Numbered from the stretch's first letter, positions 25,543 through 40,022 are shown. The stretch is DNA of 45,122 bases from Octopus bimaculoides (GCF_001194135.2 NC_068989.1:61923109-61968230); one strand, 5' to 3'. The notes: a model not told the origin generated them from the letters alone. Made by a program: numbers and translations.

Positions 25543-25787
25543 TTCGTCTATAGATATTAGTTTCGGTACTGAATGTTCCCACGTTTCGTATAGGAGTACG
25601 TCTTTGAAAGTAATGTGATCGAAGACGGACAAATAGGTAATGGCTGCATATGCACATCGTTGGAGTAATCGCTCCTTTATCGAACCCATTAATTGTCTAC
25701 GAATATATTGCTGAAATAGCCATGAAGTTTAGCTGTGTACAACGTTTGGATAGACCAATTACATATTAAACATAATCCTGGCAACTG
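25543..25787 (+). other. Candidate exon of an antisense spliced transcript
   Basis: CACTAAC at 25497-25503, acceptor tttatctctacag at 25542, donor G|GTAAGT at 25788; a 123-nt intron-like gap to ttatttctcaccag (25910). No long ORF. Confidence 0.35.
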
Positions 25788-27700
25788 GTAAGTACATATT
25801 AATTTCTGGTAGGAAAATATACTATATTAAGGAGTATATTAAAGATTCGTAAGTCAATACTGTGTTTGTTATGTGCTAGCAGTGCATCATTTTTAATTAT
25901 TTCTCACCAGGTGTCAGGAGTGTGTTTAATATGAAAATTGATCTATATAATAGAGTTAGACCACTAAGCTTTGTTGCTATTGAAGTAAAAGTAACATGTT
26001 CGTGGATAGTTAATGGGTTAGATTTGGTGCTGAAGAACGATCAATAGTTCCTGACATCTACATATACACCCGTTACTTATTTTTCTATTTTTCGTGGCAA
26101 TGTTTATATAGAGGTACTCGTGTATGATGTAACTTTCAGTGCTGTCATTGAATTGCATACAAAATTTGTAGAGATAAATTTAAAAAAGCAAACGAAGTAC
26201 TGCTAACACAAAATAAGGACGCAATACTGACTGATAATCTTTTAATATAATTGCTAGTATATCATGATTGCAAAACCATAATATACTGGAGCCCTTACCA
26301 GCATTTAGTAAAACATGTGTTATTAGACACATATGATATGCAGAATGATTCTCTATCCCTGTTATAATTTCTAAGTAACCGATAGAGAGATCACTGTTTG
26401 AGTTGGTGGATTTTTATTGAATTTATAGTTATAGAGATATATTATCAGAAATGATTTTCAGCTTCTACGACATATCTACATTATGACGCGAGGTTAAAAG
26501 ACTTTCAAATTTGAATGGATGACTGAGTTGGAGAACACCAGTAATTATTGACATCACTCTATCAAACGTTGTAACATCTACCGTTTAAAGTTCCTAAATA
26601 GACGGACAGTAAAAAATTTGTCGTCTAACTATCAGCTTGAAATATTTGGCAACTTATTTATGATTACGGATAAAATAGTTCCAAAGGACTATAAAGAGAC
26701 AATAATCCATAAAACTAAAGGAATATGAGACAAACCATTCTCTATGATTACTGGGATCATAAAAGTGGTTTCAGATGTTTTGGTAATCCTATGTGTGATA
26801 CATTTTCAATATGACGTTTCAACTCAATCCTGCATTTATAATGTCTATACCATTAAAATAAAATAATATATCATTTGTTCTCTCTCTAAAACATGTCTTT
26901 AATATCTTGATGAACATATGTTCAGTTAGGCAACCAATTTTGCGCCATTCATTATATTAATGTATTTTTGTCTTAGACGCATACTTAAAATTATTGGAAA
27001 CATATTGTCATATACAATCTGCGTTCCTGGCATCTTTTTTGATTGATAGTGTGATTACGCTTCTGTTACCAAATTAGCAATGCTCAGATATTTCTGGAGA
27101 TATTCACATACTTTTCTCGAATGTATTAAAGTGAGCGTAGAATACGCATGCAGTGGACGTAGTAAAGCATGTATTCAAAGAGGAATGAGAAATAAATCCT
27201 TGGATTAAAATGGTATTTGGCAATTATATCTCATTTCTATATTTCCAGTATATATAAATTTTCCTTAGTACATTCAGGGATTTCCAATTCCATTCCTTTA
27301 AGTAAGAAATACTGTATAGATATTCGTCGATACTATTTATATTGCATTACATTATTCAAGGTATTTCGCATGTGAAATAAGATACGAAAAGTAAAATAGT
27401 AATCAACGTAATTCATTGAGAGATTGACAATGATTTCAAAGCGTAGAGTGCCAGGTTACTTCCATGTGTCATTCTTCACGATGTTCTTCAAGAGACTGGG
27501 AGGCATACGTGCAACTGATTTTTAAACGTAAGATTTTAGGAAAGAAATATGCTCATGTTATCGTAATTTCTTGTGTAAATACGCAAAGTGAAAGTTTCTT
27601 GTTAAATGTATTTTCCGAAGAACATTGCCTCAATTGCAGAAAATAAAATAAAATTACTATTTCTACTAACACCCATTTCTCCTTTGTCTTTAATTGTCAG

Positions 27701-27899
27701 TTTAGTACGACTGGTTTTTGTGATTGTTATTTTCAATTCAGCCTAAAATTGGCAATGTCTTTTCATATTTTCTTCACAACTTTGAAGCAAGCAGCGTTTA
27801 AGAATCTTACTTTGAATCCACGTCATTCCAGATCCAGCCACACAATCGATCACACGGAGAAAATATCTTCTACTATAGCCCCGAGATGAGCAATGATAT
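27701..27899 (+). other. Candidate exon of an antisense spliced transcript
   Basis: TACTAAC at 27664-27670, polypyrimidine tract, CAG at 27698-27700, donor AT|GTAAGT at 27900. Confidence 0.45.
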
Positions 27900-28089
27900 G
27901 TAAGTGAATTTGGTATACTAAAATTTAATGAAAGCCTAGCGAATATATATAACTACGTATATATATAACGAGTCATATACATATTGATTATGTGCGTGTG
28001 TTTGTATGTCTGTGTGCGTGTATGTGTGTTTGTGCATATGTGTGTGTGTCTTGCATCTGTGATTATACATCACGTCACTTCAAAATCGG

Positions 28090-28160
28090 GTAGGTTTGTT
28101 GGATTATAACCATTGAAGGCTGTGGCCCAGCATAGCCGCAGTCTAATGAATAAAATAATT
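28090..28160 (+). mobile_element. SINE 3' fragment
   Basis: ccattgaaggctgtggcccagcatagccgcagtctaatgaataaa resembles the 18130-18190 tail. Confidence 0.55.
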
Positions 28161-29326
28161 AACATATAAACACCAAAACTAATATGTATTGAGTGAGTTT
28201 TCGGTAAGGAAGATATATCTAATTTTCATGCCATAAAACACTTCTATATTCACCACCTTGAACATACATTTTCATTAAGAAACTATTATTTACGTTTTTA
28301 TATGTTTCATGGATATCTGTATAGTAGTCTTTCGGTTTATCTATTTAAAGTTGTACATTTGTTATCTATATGTTATCTATATCTATATGGTAAGCAACTA
28401 TATAACGCAAGAGAAATTCATGCTAAAAATATAACTGCATCTATTTGAGTCAGGAAATTGTGTATGTATAAAGATTAGAAACGTGCATTATATATTTATA
28501 GATACATTTCATGCATTATAGAAGAATATATTCGGCATGTCTTATTTTTCTGGTGTTAATTTCTATATCCTTTATGGTTTCAATGAACACATTTCATACT
28601 AAGCCACCATTGTGGTAGAGTTGTTTATTATATTTTTCATTTAACGAAGATTAGAAACTGCTCTCATAATATACTCTGCACTGAATTAATTAAAGGAGGG
28701 TGTGTAAAATGAACATCTAGCACTATAAAGTTTTTCGTTTTAATGTATAAATGTAAGTAAAGAACTAAATACGATTTTTTAATGAATATTAGCTGCGTAT
28801 CCATCTAAACGAATGTAATATAGGTATTCAGTAAAATATTGAAATTAACTGTTTGTTGGTAATTTGTAAATAAATGTACGTTTGTGTTTAATGAGGTTGT
28901 ACAAAGCTTCGCTAGGGCGAGTAGGTCCAGTTATTAAACTACAGGACTTTGTCCGTTATTTAATTTTTGTCAGGTTTGATCTTTTAATTGAGTGCACTGA
29001 GACGATGGCTTTACAGAAAATACTCCCATGTCATTAAATAGTCAGCAAACATATACGTAAAGGGGTATAAACCAACCAACAACATAACATATTATCACTA
29101 AATATCAAGAACCTGAATGTTTGATGATGTACAACATCATTGTCTATGTTGGTGTTCTCAAAACAGTATCTTGTCAGTTAGCTTACCAAAACATGGGTAT
29201 TGTTTTATAAAGCTTAAAATACTCAGTACATTTTCGGTAATACTTTTATATTTACTATTGTGTGACTTTTATTCGGCACACTATTCTAAACCACACAGTG
29301 GTTCAGTAATCTAACCACATTCGATA

Positions 29327-29328
<2 letters not shown>

Positions 29329-29404
<76 letters not shown>

Positions 29405-29413
29405 TCTCTCTCT
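29329..29413. repeat. (CT)n microsatellite
   Basis: Directly visible. Confidence 0.95.
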
Positions 29414-30949
29414 TAAACACATGCACATACATACACACATGTACTGTGTCGAACAAATAACAGCTTATCGTCAACCCAGCAGAATATGCACCACTATCAA
29501 ATTGTGGGACAATGAAGTAATAAGTTATAATTATATTAAATACAGCCACAGAGAAACACATTATAATTGAAAGCATAATGTGCAGTTGAAATCTAATATA
29601 TATGTGAATTCGGAAAAAAATGTATTTCCCAAAAAACAATATTACTTATGTAATTAAATAGATCCCTGTCTATGTCAGTTCATACTAATGGAATTTAATA
29701 ACAGTATTGCTTATCTCTATTGAATGTTAGGCTGTATCTTCATGGAGTCTTTAACAAAAAAAAAATGCTGCATATGGCTAAGCATCACTATCATTTTAAA
29801 ATAGCAGTTAGCAACTGCATCAAGTATAATATATGATATGCAAAGAGTATCCGTATGGTTTACAGTTCCATTAATATTAACATTGGTGAAGCGCTTTAGT
29901 TCTTTTATGCCATGCACACTATTATTCATGTAAAAAGTCAGAAAGGAATTATATTAATTATCAAAAAATGATTTCTTTAAGCTGCAACTCAAATCGATGC
30001 TCATCTATTACGTTCCTTATTATTAAAAATAGCTTTGCGTTTTTTGCCCTAGCACAATAAAATTTGCAAATGGAATAGAAATATGGCTTCTTTCCATCAT
30101 CTAATCTAAAGATTTTCTTCTATAATGATATTAATAATTACAAAAAATGCCAAAAAAAAAAGCAAAAAAAAAACGAAAGTGGTTATATGGCTTTGATATA
30201 TTTTCATAGGAACTGAGCGTAGTATTCCGAAAGCTTTCATTTATCATATTCTTTAGATGTTTTCATCTAACTTAAAGATTCTTTGAACTCTTCATTTTCG
30301 CTATTTTGTTCTCTTTTCTTTTCTTTTTTTGGGTGGTGGTGGGGTTTCTTGCATAATTTTGTTCTGTCCCAGTATGACAATGACAGTATGAGTATTTAGG
30401 AATTTGTTAATCACAAATAAAAAGCACATAGCTATTCAGTATAATATAACCTTGTATGCTTTTAGGTATTTAGCAGAAAAAAATACAGCATAAAATCCAT
30501 ATATTCGGCACGGAACTCACAGTCACTATTGGCCAATCAACCTTGCATGTTACATTTGATACATTATTGAAACTTACAACACATTTCATGGTGGTAGATT
30601 CCTTTCCTAATTGGATTTCCTTTTACCATGTTCTCTATTTGTCAAAAGCAGAACGCTCTGCTTCATCACTATTATCGACGAGTGAATTACTAAAGGTTTC
30701 TTAACCGATCCGTGACGAGGTATATCTTTAATTCTATATCTATGACTGTGTATTAAACTGCCTTTAAATTGCCATTGTTTTATGAGTTGAAAGTATACGT
30801 CACACGTAGGAGTAGGTGTGCTTATGAAAGATACATATGCGAATTTCATACTTCAACCCCTCCACGTTACGCAACACCACATTTCAGAAGTATTTTATCT
30901 GCGTAGACTCACATGAATCCTGATCGCACAAATACAAAACTAGTAATGT

Positions 30950-31100
30950 TTAGTGCAACGCTATCTGGTCACGTCCCCGCAACGTATTGGTTCACTATCA
31001 ATTAGACCGATGAATTGAGTATCAGGCTTAAAACATACATACTGGTTTCATTATAATGGAGAGAGTTCTGTCAAGCCTTGTGCCAGGAAAGACCAAAATA
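30950..31100 (+). mobile_element. Degenerate SINE core/3' fragment
   Basis: cacgtccccgcaacgtattggttc..agaccgat is similar to the reverse complement of 35862-35905. Confidence 0.45.
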
Positions 31101-34100
31101 ATCACTTTATGATATATTGTTTAATTCTTCAGTGTACAATTGGGACTAGAAGCGAACATACATCGTTAATGAATATTATCTACAATCCATCTCAACGGGT
31201 GTAATATAGGTATTCAGAATGCTCTGTTGCATTACTGTTATCGACGTGTCTATGACTAAAGTGTTTTTAAGCGCCCCTTGACTATAATTCTGTATCTATA
31301 ATCGTATATTAAACTGTATTATAAATAATTTTAAAATTGTCATAAATATGTAAGACATAATTGCTGACTGAATCATTTACCTTAGCTAATATTTCTATTC
31401 TTCCGGTATTCTTAGGTTTGTGTATTTTAGTTTATTTGAGACAAATACATACAGATCGGTGTAAATATCTTTCATAAATGCTGCACTGTAGTAACTTTAG
31501 TAACAGATGATGCTAACTACAAATCGTAACAGCTTCTAGTTAAACTATCGTTAAAAGTACTACTAGTAATTATAGTAGAATTGTTAGGGTGCATTTGAGA
31601 ATATCTTAACCCATAGTCCCCAGTAATATCCATTTCCAGACCTTAGCATCATAATTTCAGTATTGATTACTTTTTAAATTTAATCATGATATTCAATAAT
31701 AAACTTACTTAAAGAAGTATGCCAGATAATAAAACAAATTACATTCTGGATTATATCTTGCTATCTTTCCATGGCTACGGCTGTTCACAGTAAATCGATG
31801 AGAGCGTCATCGCTCTTATCTGAAAACCATTGTTTGATTACGTCCTCGTAACGTATAAGGTCGTTATTATACATAGAATTAGAAATTTGAAATGCAAGTA
31901 CTAGTTTAATTATGATGGACTATTTATATTTATAAAAAGTAATTAAAAAAGAAAATACTACATTTACAGATTATTACTATATTTTTAGAAAACAATCAAA
32001 ATATACACATGTAATCATCTTTATTCCATGAATCTTTTATAACATTATGGATGGGGGAGTGGGGGAAAGCCACTACTGACTCTTGTTAATATATTTGTTG
32101 CCAATGAAATCGGTGCGATAAACACATCATCCTAAAAATGATATCTTAATTGCCCTGCGCTCATTCCGTATTTTTGTTTGACAGTATCAGAGACCACACA
32201 ATCTAGACTCTCAAATGTTGTCAACTTCGTACTTCATATTTTCCTGGTAGAAAAATCGCAATAGTTGGGGCCGTTTTATAGCATAGTGTGTGTTCCTCCT
32301 GCTCTTAACATTCAGTCTATCTCACACAGAATTAATTAACATATTGGTCATCTTCATCAGCCTAATAAAACGGACATATATTGTATAGTAACATATAGTA
32401 TACATGAGTACAGCTAAAACCCTATTAGTACAAATAATGGAAAATTGTTTACCTATCTTGCAATACCAGAAACTGCTAATTAAATAACTGTCTGTAATGA
32501 TGCAAAAAGAAAAACAAAACAAAAAGATATGGAAATCTACTAACAACGCAACGCGGAATGTCCCGAGGAAATGTGATCACGTAAACTGAAACTCAAAAGA
32601 GGAAAAAAAAAACACCTGAATAACCCAACACTGACACGGTCGGAATTAACTGTATAAACCACAAACAAGGGAAATAGAGTATAGAAATATCTGATTATAT
32701 GGAGAAATATAACTGCAATAGTTATTTTTATAATAGGGAAGAAAATGCATTTGGATAATAATATTCCGAATTTTTTTAAAAGATTGTTGAGTTTCAGTGT
32801 ATTATATTTGCATTAGAGGATATACTGATGGAGGAGTTTTTGTATACCGGAAAATAACTACCGGTTCTTTGGTCTATTAGGATGTAGTGTACAGTTTAGG
32901 AGATGTATCACCATGTATAAAGAAGGTGTGATTTACACATAGTTCAGTTGGCTATAACTTGAAAATGTTTTGAAGAAGGGCACTGGCTATTATATATGCT
33001 ATATAGCATCTTGCATTAAGAAATATGCAACCACGCGAAACTGGATATTTGGCTTATAAATTGCATTTATTTGCAGTATATCTAATTTGCAAAGGAAAGT
33101 ACCGATAACCATGCTGATGTATTTGCTAATATGCGATGGAAACGGTTTCAGCTTTGGTAAGTGATATAATGTTGTGAAAATGATCTGTTTGAAAGCACAA
33201 TGGCAATCGGGGGTTGTCGTTTTTACTATGAAATACTAAAACATATTTCAAAAAAATGTTCCATAAATCACTTACAGACACAATGCAGAATATATTAAGT
33301 TTGAAAAATCCACTTTTTCATTCAAATATAAGAATAAATAGATATTAAGTTATAAAAAACTTTATAATATTCATGTTTTAATATCAAAATTGGAATTGAG
33401 ATCAAACTATTATCATTTTGCTCTTTTTATTTTGATGAATTTCATTCGATCGATTTCATAAAGAGATTTTATGGAGGTATTGTTAAATATTACTATGATA
33501 TATGATACGAAGTATTGATGGCAATATTTGAGAGAAAAATGTTTTTAATATAGTTAACAAGTACTATTGCACATATAAAATTCATACAATCCCATAAAAG
33601 TTTACAAATACTTACACATCGCATACACATTAAAAACACGCAGAGCAAACTATACCGTCATATATGTATATGTGTGTGTATGTGCATGTGTTGGTATGTG
33701 CGTGAGTGTGTTATGTATGTCTTCGTATGTGTACGCGTAGGAATGTAATTATGCTAAATTTGTAGAAGAATATCTTTGAGGCAAATTGGAATGAAAGGCG
33801 TAATTTCAGAAGAAAATAATTCAAAAGATTTACTTCTGATTTGGCCCCTATCCTTTCACTTTTCATTGCATAGCCCATTAAATAATATAAACAAGTGCAT
33901 TACCCAATGCTTCATTGAAATCACACACCGTTCTAACATATAAATGCATGTATAAATATTTATTGATAAGTATGAATATGTGTGTATGCGTGCGTGCGTG
34001 CGTGTGTGTATGCATGTATGTATATACGCATATATATATATATATATATATATANNNNNNNNNNNNNNNNNNNNNNNNNNNNNNNNNNNNNNNNNNNNNN

Positions 34101-35029
34101 NNNNNNNNNNNNNNNNNNNNNNNNNNNNNNNNNNNNNNNNNNNNNNNNNNNNNNNNNNGAGAGAGAGAGAGAGAGAGAGAGAGTAATAGTTTCCTATTAT
34201 TGGCAATAGCCAGTAATAGGAAACGACAGGAAGGTTAGGTTTTGAGTATGCAAGACCTACTATTCAAAATTTACCCTTCTCTATCCTTAGACGAGTGAAT
34301 ATTCGGAGTGAATAATTGATATAAATAAGCAACGAGCATTATTTTAACAAAAAGTTAACAACGATAACTCATATATGTAGAAGTTTAGTCAACCTACAAT
34401 TAACTAGAAATTCTGTAATAATGACAACATTATGAACTGCAGGAGCAACAACGAAATGAATGACGAAAAATTATTCTTATATTCCGCTCTGTCACATTAA
34501 TATCTGCCCTAAAATTATCAGCATGGATATATTCAACTGCACACTCTCCTTGGAAATTAAAGCTATGCTCGGTCATGGACGACTCTTAGATTATATGCTA
34601 GACTTCTCAAATTATTCTCAAATGTTTTGTATATGTAACACAATATTTTCATATTTTTCTAATGAACAAGAACTATAAATTTATTGAGTGATAAATTCCG
34701 AAATATTAATGGATGTAATTGATTTTGTTATCAAACGCCAAATGAAATTATTTCATCCTCTTATATGAATATTATGCTCAGAAATTAAACATTTATTAGA
34801 TGTTGTGATGCACCCTTTCTTCTCTTCAGTGTATTCGACAGACCGGTAGATGTATTTTGGTCTCTTATATAAAATCACATATATCTTGAAAATGAAATAT
34901 GTTTAATTTAATAAGTGATTTCAATGAAGCATATCTAAAACTTAGATATGTTTCGACTAAAGATTGGTCCAAGTCATGTCTAGCACCACCTTACAGGCTT
35001 AGGCAAATACTTTTTTAGTCAAGTTTTGT

Positions 35030-35790
35030 GTTATCATGATCCATTCAAGCAGGTAGTTCTCGTTGAGTGTGTTTTATCCAGGCATAGGTGGTTTATCAAG
35101 TATTTCTAGAAACAATATGTCCGTTTAAAGGTAATGGGATACTTTTCGTCTTTGATCTGTCTTTATCTGTATTTATGTGTTGTGATCCTGAATGGGGTAG
35201 GGGATGTATGGACGAGGTCCTAGCCTTGGTTGAATTTTTAAGCTAATGTTGCAGTCGTTTGGGCAATGCTGGCGGAATATTCTCCACATCGTGCAAATGA
35301 TGTATCGCTCACGGCGGTGCTGGAGAAAATAGAGTTACAATGCTTAAAAACATTACCAATTATCGAGATGAGTCATACCAATATATTTTTCAGTGAATGA
35401 CCTGGAGTGATTCAATTTTCGAGATGTTTTGTTTTGTATGGGAAGACCACAGGTGGCAGCAGTATTCGAGGTGTGGCCGTACAAAGGAGGAAAAAAGAGG
35501 AATGATGATACTTTTGTTCTCAGAACTGCAAGGTACTAAATGAAGAAAGTATGGCTGCTTTAGCATAGTCTTTCTTCCAAAATACATCAGCTCAGATTTT
35601 CCATCGTTTAGTTGCATGTTCTTTTTGTTTGCCCATTGACTCACAGAATGGAGATCAGACGGGATTTAAGTTCTTTCTTCTTCATTGATACTTTTTCGGA
35701 GTTTATCAGAGAGTATTTTCACTTTGCTGGAAAGGCCGTTTATGTAGACTATAAAGAGGAGCAGGCTAAAGGACACTACTGGTGACTTTT
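35030..35790 (-). mobile_element. CR1/L2-like LINE fragment (RT C-terminus to 3' end)
   Basis: LLFIVYINGLS..QWANKKNMQLNDGKSELMYFG..LFSSFVRPHLEYCCHLWS..IESLQ..LQHRRERYIICTMWRI..PRLG. Confidence 0.85.
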
Positions 35791-35829
35791 GCTGGGCTTG
35801 AGTGGATTCCTTCGATCACATGCGTTCTG

Positions 35830-36000
35830 TTCTCCTGGAAAGACTCAATTCAGTGCATTTTATCGGTCTCGTTTTGCCGAACCACTAAGTTATTGGGGTG
35901 TAAACACGCCATCATCGGTTGTCAAGCGATGGTGGGTGGATAAACACAGACACACAAGTACGCACACACAAACCTGCGCGCGCATATATACGTGCATATA
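35830..36000 (-). mobile_element. SINE core fragment in opposite orientation to the 18040, 28090 and 30950 copies
   Basis: ttttgccgaaccactaagttattggggtgtaaacacgccatcatcggttgtcaagcgatggtggg, followed by a CA-rich tract. Confidence 0.6.
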
Positions 36001-36009
36001 TTGATCTAT

Positions 36010-36180
36010 TGATATATTTCAAATTTTGGTAGAAGGGCAGTAATCTCTGGCAAGAGGTTAAACACAGTTTCATCTGGTATTTATTTGATTGACCTCGAAA
36101 GGATAAAATGCGCTGTCGAACTCAGTGGAATTCGAACTCAAAACATATAGACTGACAAAATACTGCTAAGATTGCCGCCT
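36010..36180 (-). mobile_element. SINE copy of the 19052-19480 family (internally deleted)
   Basis: Shares aaattttggt..gacctcgaaaggat..gtggaattcgaactca..gccgcct with the 19 kb copies. Confidence 0.65.
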
Positions 36181-36614
36181 TCCAAATATGTGCATATATT
36201 AAAATGAAATTTGAAGTCGAAAATCTGTAAAAACAAGGTGTAACCTGATAACATGAGAACATACTTCTGTTTAAAGCATCTATGTACATTTAACACGATA
36301 AGAACATCATCAGTGGGTGTATCATTTTCATACTACTACTGTCCATTTTAGATACAGCAAAGGAACTTTGCGTGTAAAACTTACAGCATTAACATCACTA
36401 TGTCTAGACTAGGTAATAACTAATTGATCATTTTATGTTGAAATATGAAATTAAAATAAACGCGTATTTTATCGTAAAGCTCATGAATAATGTAAAAGAT
36501 GTTGAACGTTTCAGCACGGCATGAAATTTGAACTTTCATCTGGAAAACCATGACATCTACATTTCTGTGTGGGAGTCAGTACCTACATCATACACATCGC
36601 ACGCGCACACACCC

Positions 36615-36662
36615 CCACACACACACACACACACACACACGCATATATATATATATATATAG

Positions 36663-36693
<31 letters not shown>

Positions 36694-36724
36694 GATAGAT
36701 GGCTAGGTAGGTAGATAGATAGAT
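36615..36724. repeat. Compound (CA)n/(TA)n/(GATA)n microsatellite
   Basis: Directly visible. Confidence 0.9.
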
Positions 36725-39499
36725 GTTCATACAGAACACCCACGTTTAGGTGGTGATAAACAGATATATACGTTTTATTATCAATAACTAGACACTACTT
36801 GAAACTCTCGGCCCATGAGTGATACTGAAACTCTTACCTATGATTAATAAAAAGAACGTATATATACTAATGTACTGAATTATATTTTTCTGTTTTTATC
36901 ATGAAATTTTCTTTAAAATAGATGCTCTACTTGTTTTACATACTGCATTCATTGGAAGAAATTTGTTATATCAGCTATAACTTCCAACGTTATCTACATT
37001 TGCTGATATTTGTGCCCATTCTGGGAGTGACGAGAAACTTTCTTATAGCTCATTAGAGATCGACAGGCATTTTTGGTAACACTATTTCATTTTAACTCTC
37101 CCACCCTAGAGTCAACTACCTCGCAACACATTCGGTATCTATATTATTTTAATTTTCTCCTCAAGTTTGGTTCTTTGTTTTTAATATTAGCATTTATTAG
37201 TTTGGTTTCAGATCCAGGCGGGGGTGCCGCATGACCCCCGTGACTGGGTCCGAAGGTATACCCAACATTCGTGCATGAGGACAGCCGACCTGTTGAGTGC
37301 ATCCATCCGTCACCGGCGGATCATAACTCACCAGGCCGCCCGATTTTAATCATTTGCCCTGCTATCAATTGTAATTCTAATATCAATTAGCTAGGTTAAG
37401 GATATAACAAGTAGAAGGATATATCCCACGTCTACTGCAAGCCTCATCGACTCTTCCCTTGCATGTCCCAAAGAAATAATGCTTTTTCGAGTCACTCTCA
37501 AATCAACATTGACATTTATTTTACTTCACGCTATTCTAATTGTTTCACTGTATATTTGAATGTTTGAATGAATGTAGTTTCTATGTTATACCTGTAATCT
37601 TCTGTCATGCGAGGCTCTTTGAAGTGATACCTTTTCTCTTATACTAACAATTCAAGCGCTTTGACCCAATCCACCACCACTACATCTCTCGCTGCTCTTC
37701 CCATCACTTTGCAAATGTCTAATATTATTATTCCAAGTAGCAGCGAGTCAATAATATAGAATGCAATTCAAGTTAATTAGGATCGCTTTACAGCAATATT
37801 TCTTGTAATTCACATAATGATATAATAATATAATATGTTCATATAATCGGTTAAAGCAATTATCCTTGACTACTGCCAAGCACACACACACACACACACA
37901 CTTACGCGCACGCGCACAGACATACACACACTAACGCACAAACTGATGCATACTGAAGGAGATAAGCACTGAGCTAAAACATACAGATACAGATTTATGT
38001 CTGTAGATATTTATACACACACATGTGCACACTTGCAGAGGTGCATGCATGCATATATATATNNNNNNNNNNNNNNNNNNNNNNNNNNNNNNNNNNNNNN
38101 NNNNNNNNNNNNNNNNNNNNNNNNNNNNNNNNNNNNNNNNNNNNNNNNNNNNNNNNNNNNNNNTATATATATGTGTGTGTGTGTATAAGCATACAGGCGT
38201 ATGTACAACGACAAGATATTGTGAATATGTGTGTTAGACTGTTTGTGCCTGTGCATGTAAGCGCGTTTATTCTTATCATTCTTCTCAATTATGACTATTA
38301 TAAAGAGAACGATTCTAGAACTCAGGAAATTAAACGTGGCTTACATTATAGTGATCTACAGGTAGGATCTTCTTCGATTACATAATTACCTTCTCATAAA
38401 TGCTAACAGTGGTAATTTAGCAACAACAATTCATAGGGGCAGACACCATTTAATTGTGTGATGAAATCATCGTTGACATATATATCTATAAAAATTCAGA
38501 TTATTTATTGATAGCACTACTACGTTCAAATTTTATCATTGTTTTCTCATTCCTTTTTGCATTTATTTTCTCATATTCACATATGCGCTACTTTCCGTTT
38601 AGTTCCAACATTATAGCTTCTAATCCCACCGTAGACGTTTCCAAAATGTCGCATATTTCTCTTCATATTCCATTGTGTTTATGCACAAGCTTGCAAATTT
38701 GAAACCTAAGTGAGAAAAAGTGACCACTCAATCTTTTGATTTTATATATTTTATCTTGGTGAGCAGATATGTTTTAAAAGGTGTGACATACACATTTCTT
38801 TAGCCGTTAATTCGTGTAGTTCGTAGCCGTATTCTGAACGTTCCTAGTACATAATTTATACTGGCTTTTTTTGTTTCTACCGCTACAAAATTGGTAAGAG
38901 AACACACTACTTGTTATGGTTTTTCTTCCCGCAATGGTAACACATTGTTAGTTGACACAAAAACCCATTTCTGCGTTGTGTAGTATTTAAAACTGGCATT
39001 TAATTCTCTTAAAATCCTGTGTTTCTTTATATTTAACTGAGTTATTATGGAGTGTCTGGCGGGGTCTTTTTTTGGAATATATTTTTTGTTGATATGTATT
39101 ATGTATAACCTCATAGTTATGCGTTTAGCGTCAAATTTAGACTTAATGCAATTTAATTTCTAATTGTCTTTGTTACATTTCTGAATAGTAACACAAAGCA
39201 AACAATAGTGACACTTACAACAACGACACTGAGACATCTTATTTAAAGCAAAAGAAATAAAAATGAAAATGGTGTGCTCTAATTTTCTTTGTTGTCCACT
39301 CTTTCGTACTTTTGTTAAAGCAAAACTACTGTACACTCGAACGGTCTAAGCCTCTGTGTGTGTATAGATGTTACTGTGTATGTGTGTGTCTGTATATGCA
39401 TATATGTGTGTGTGCGTGTGTATACATATATGTGTGTATATATATGTGTGAGTGTGTATGTGTATAATTTTTGGAACAATGGGTATATATGGATTAGTG

Positions 39500-39720
39500 T
39501 GTGATAGCACGTTCAGACATTGAGCTACCTGCTGTCATCCACGATTGGGGTATACATCAAGACTTCTGCAGTTTTAGTTGCGTCGAATAGTTTAGTCTGG
39601 GTCACATCAGGTACACGCATACATAAAGTGGTGTCTCGCAGTCATGTTGATGATTTTTCCAGCTGTAGCAGCGTTTGGGGCAAGCTGCAGTTGTCTGTAT
39701 AGCCCCATTCGCTGGTACTG
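39500..39720 (-). mobile_element. Possible RTE-like LINE 3' end remnant
   Basis: Only EWGYTDNCSLPQTLLQL, resembling the WGY..C..QT..HL tail of RTE-type ORFs. Confidence 0.3.
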
Positions 39721-39948
39721 CCGGAAAAGAAAAAAAAAACATCAATATTACTGCGAGGTCTCAGTTAAATTAGCAGGATACCACTTTATATATGCATGTA
39801 CCTGATGCAACCCAGGCTACACTTTTCGATGCAACGCAATTGGAAGCACAACATCTCACACATAATAGACAATCACAGGAAGAGTCGAATCGAACGTCGC
39901 ACTTAATGAAGCCTAATTTCAAATCTATCTTCCACTTCATTCATCGGT

Positions 39949-39949
<1 letters not shown>

Positions 39950-40019
<70 letters not shown>
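39950..40019. repeat. (AAT)n microsatellite abutting the PLE 3' end
   Basis: Perfect AAT array, directly visible. Confidence 0.95.

Positions 40020-40022
<3 letters not shown>

Noticed and set aside
26299-26358. 60-nt phase 1-1 open segment on the minus strand (GIENHSAYHMCLITHVLLNAG)
   Set aside because: Weak acceptor and no LLxxYDxxxRP motif expected of the preceding LGIC exon.
30627-30689. Minus-strand segment ending ATG|gtaaaa; tested as an alternative 68-nt exon (Rdl exon 3a/3b style)
   Set aside because: Stop codon in the needed frame and no similarity to SMGPVTEIDM.
34500-34890. YNLRVV segment resembling YNxxVRP of LGIC N-termini
   Set aside because: Needs a frameshift, is surrounded by stops and has no donor site.
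37210-37345. GC-rich patch with a minus-strand gtgagt donor (..IKIGRP|G)
   Set aside because: Upstream in-frame stop, no acceptor and no YD motif; probably an unidentified repeat fragment.
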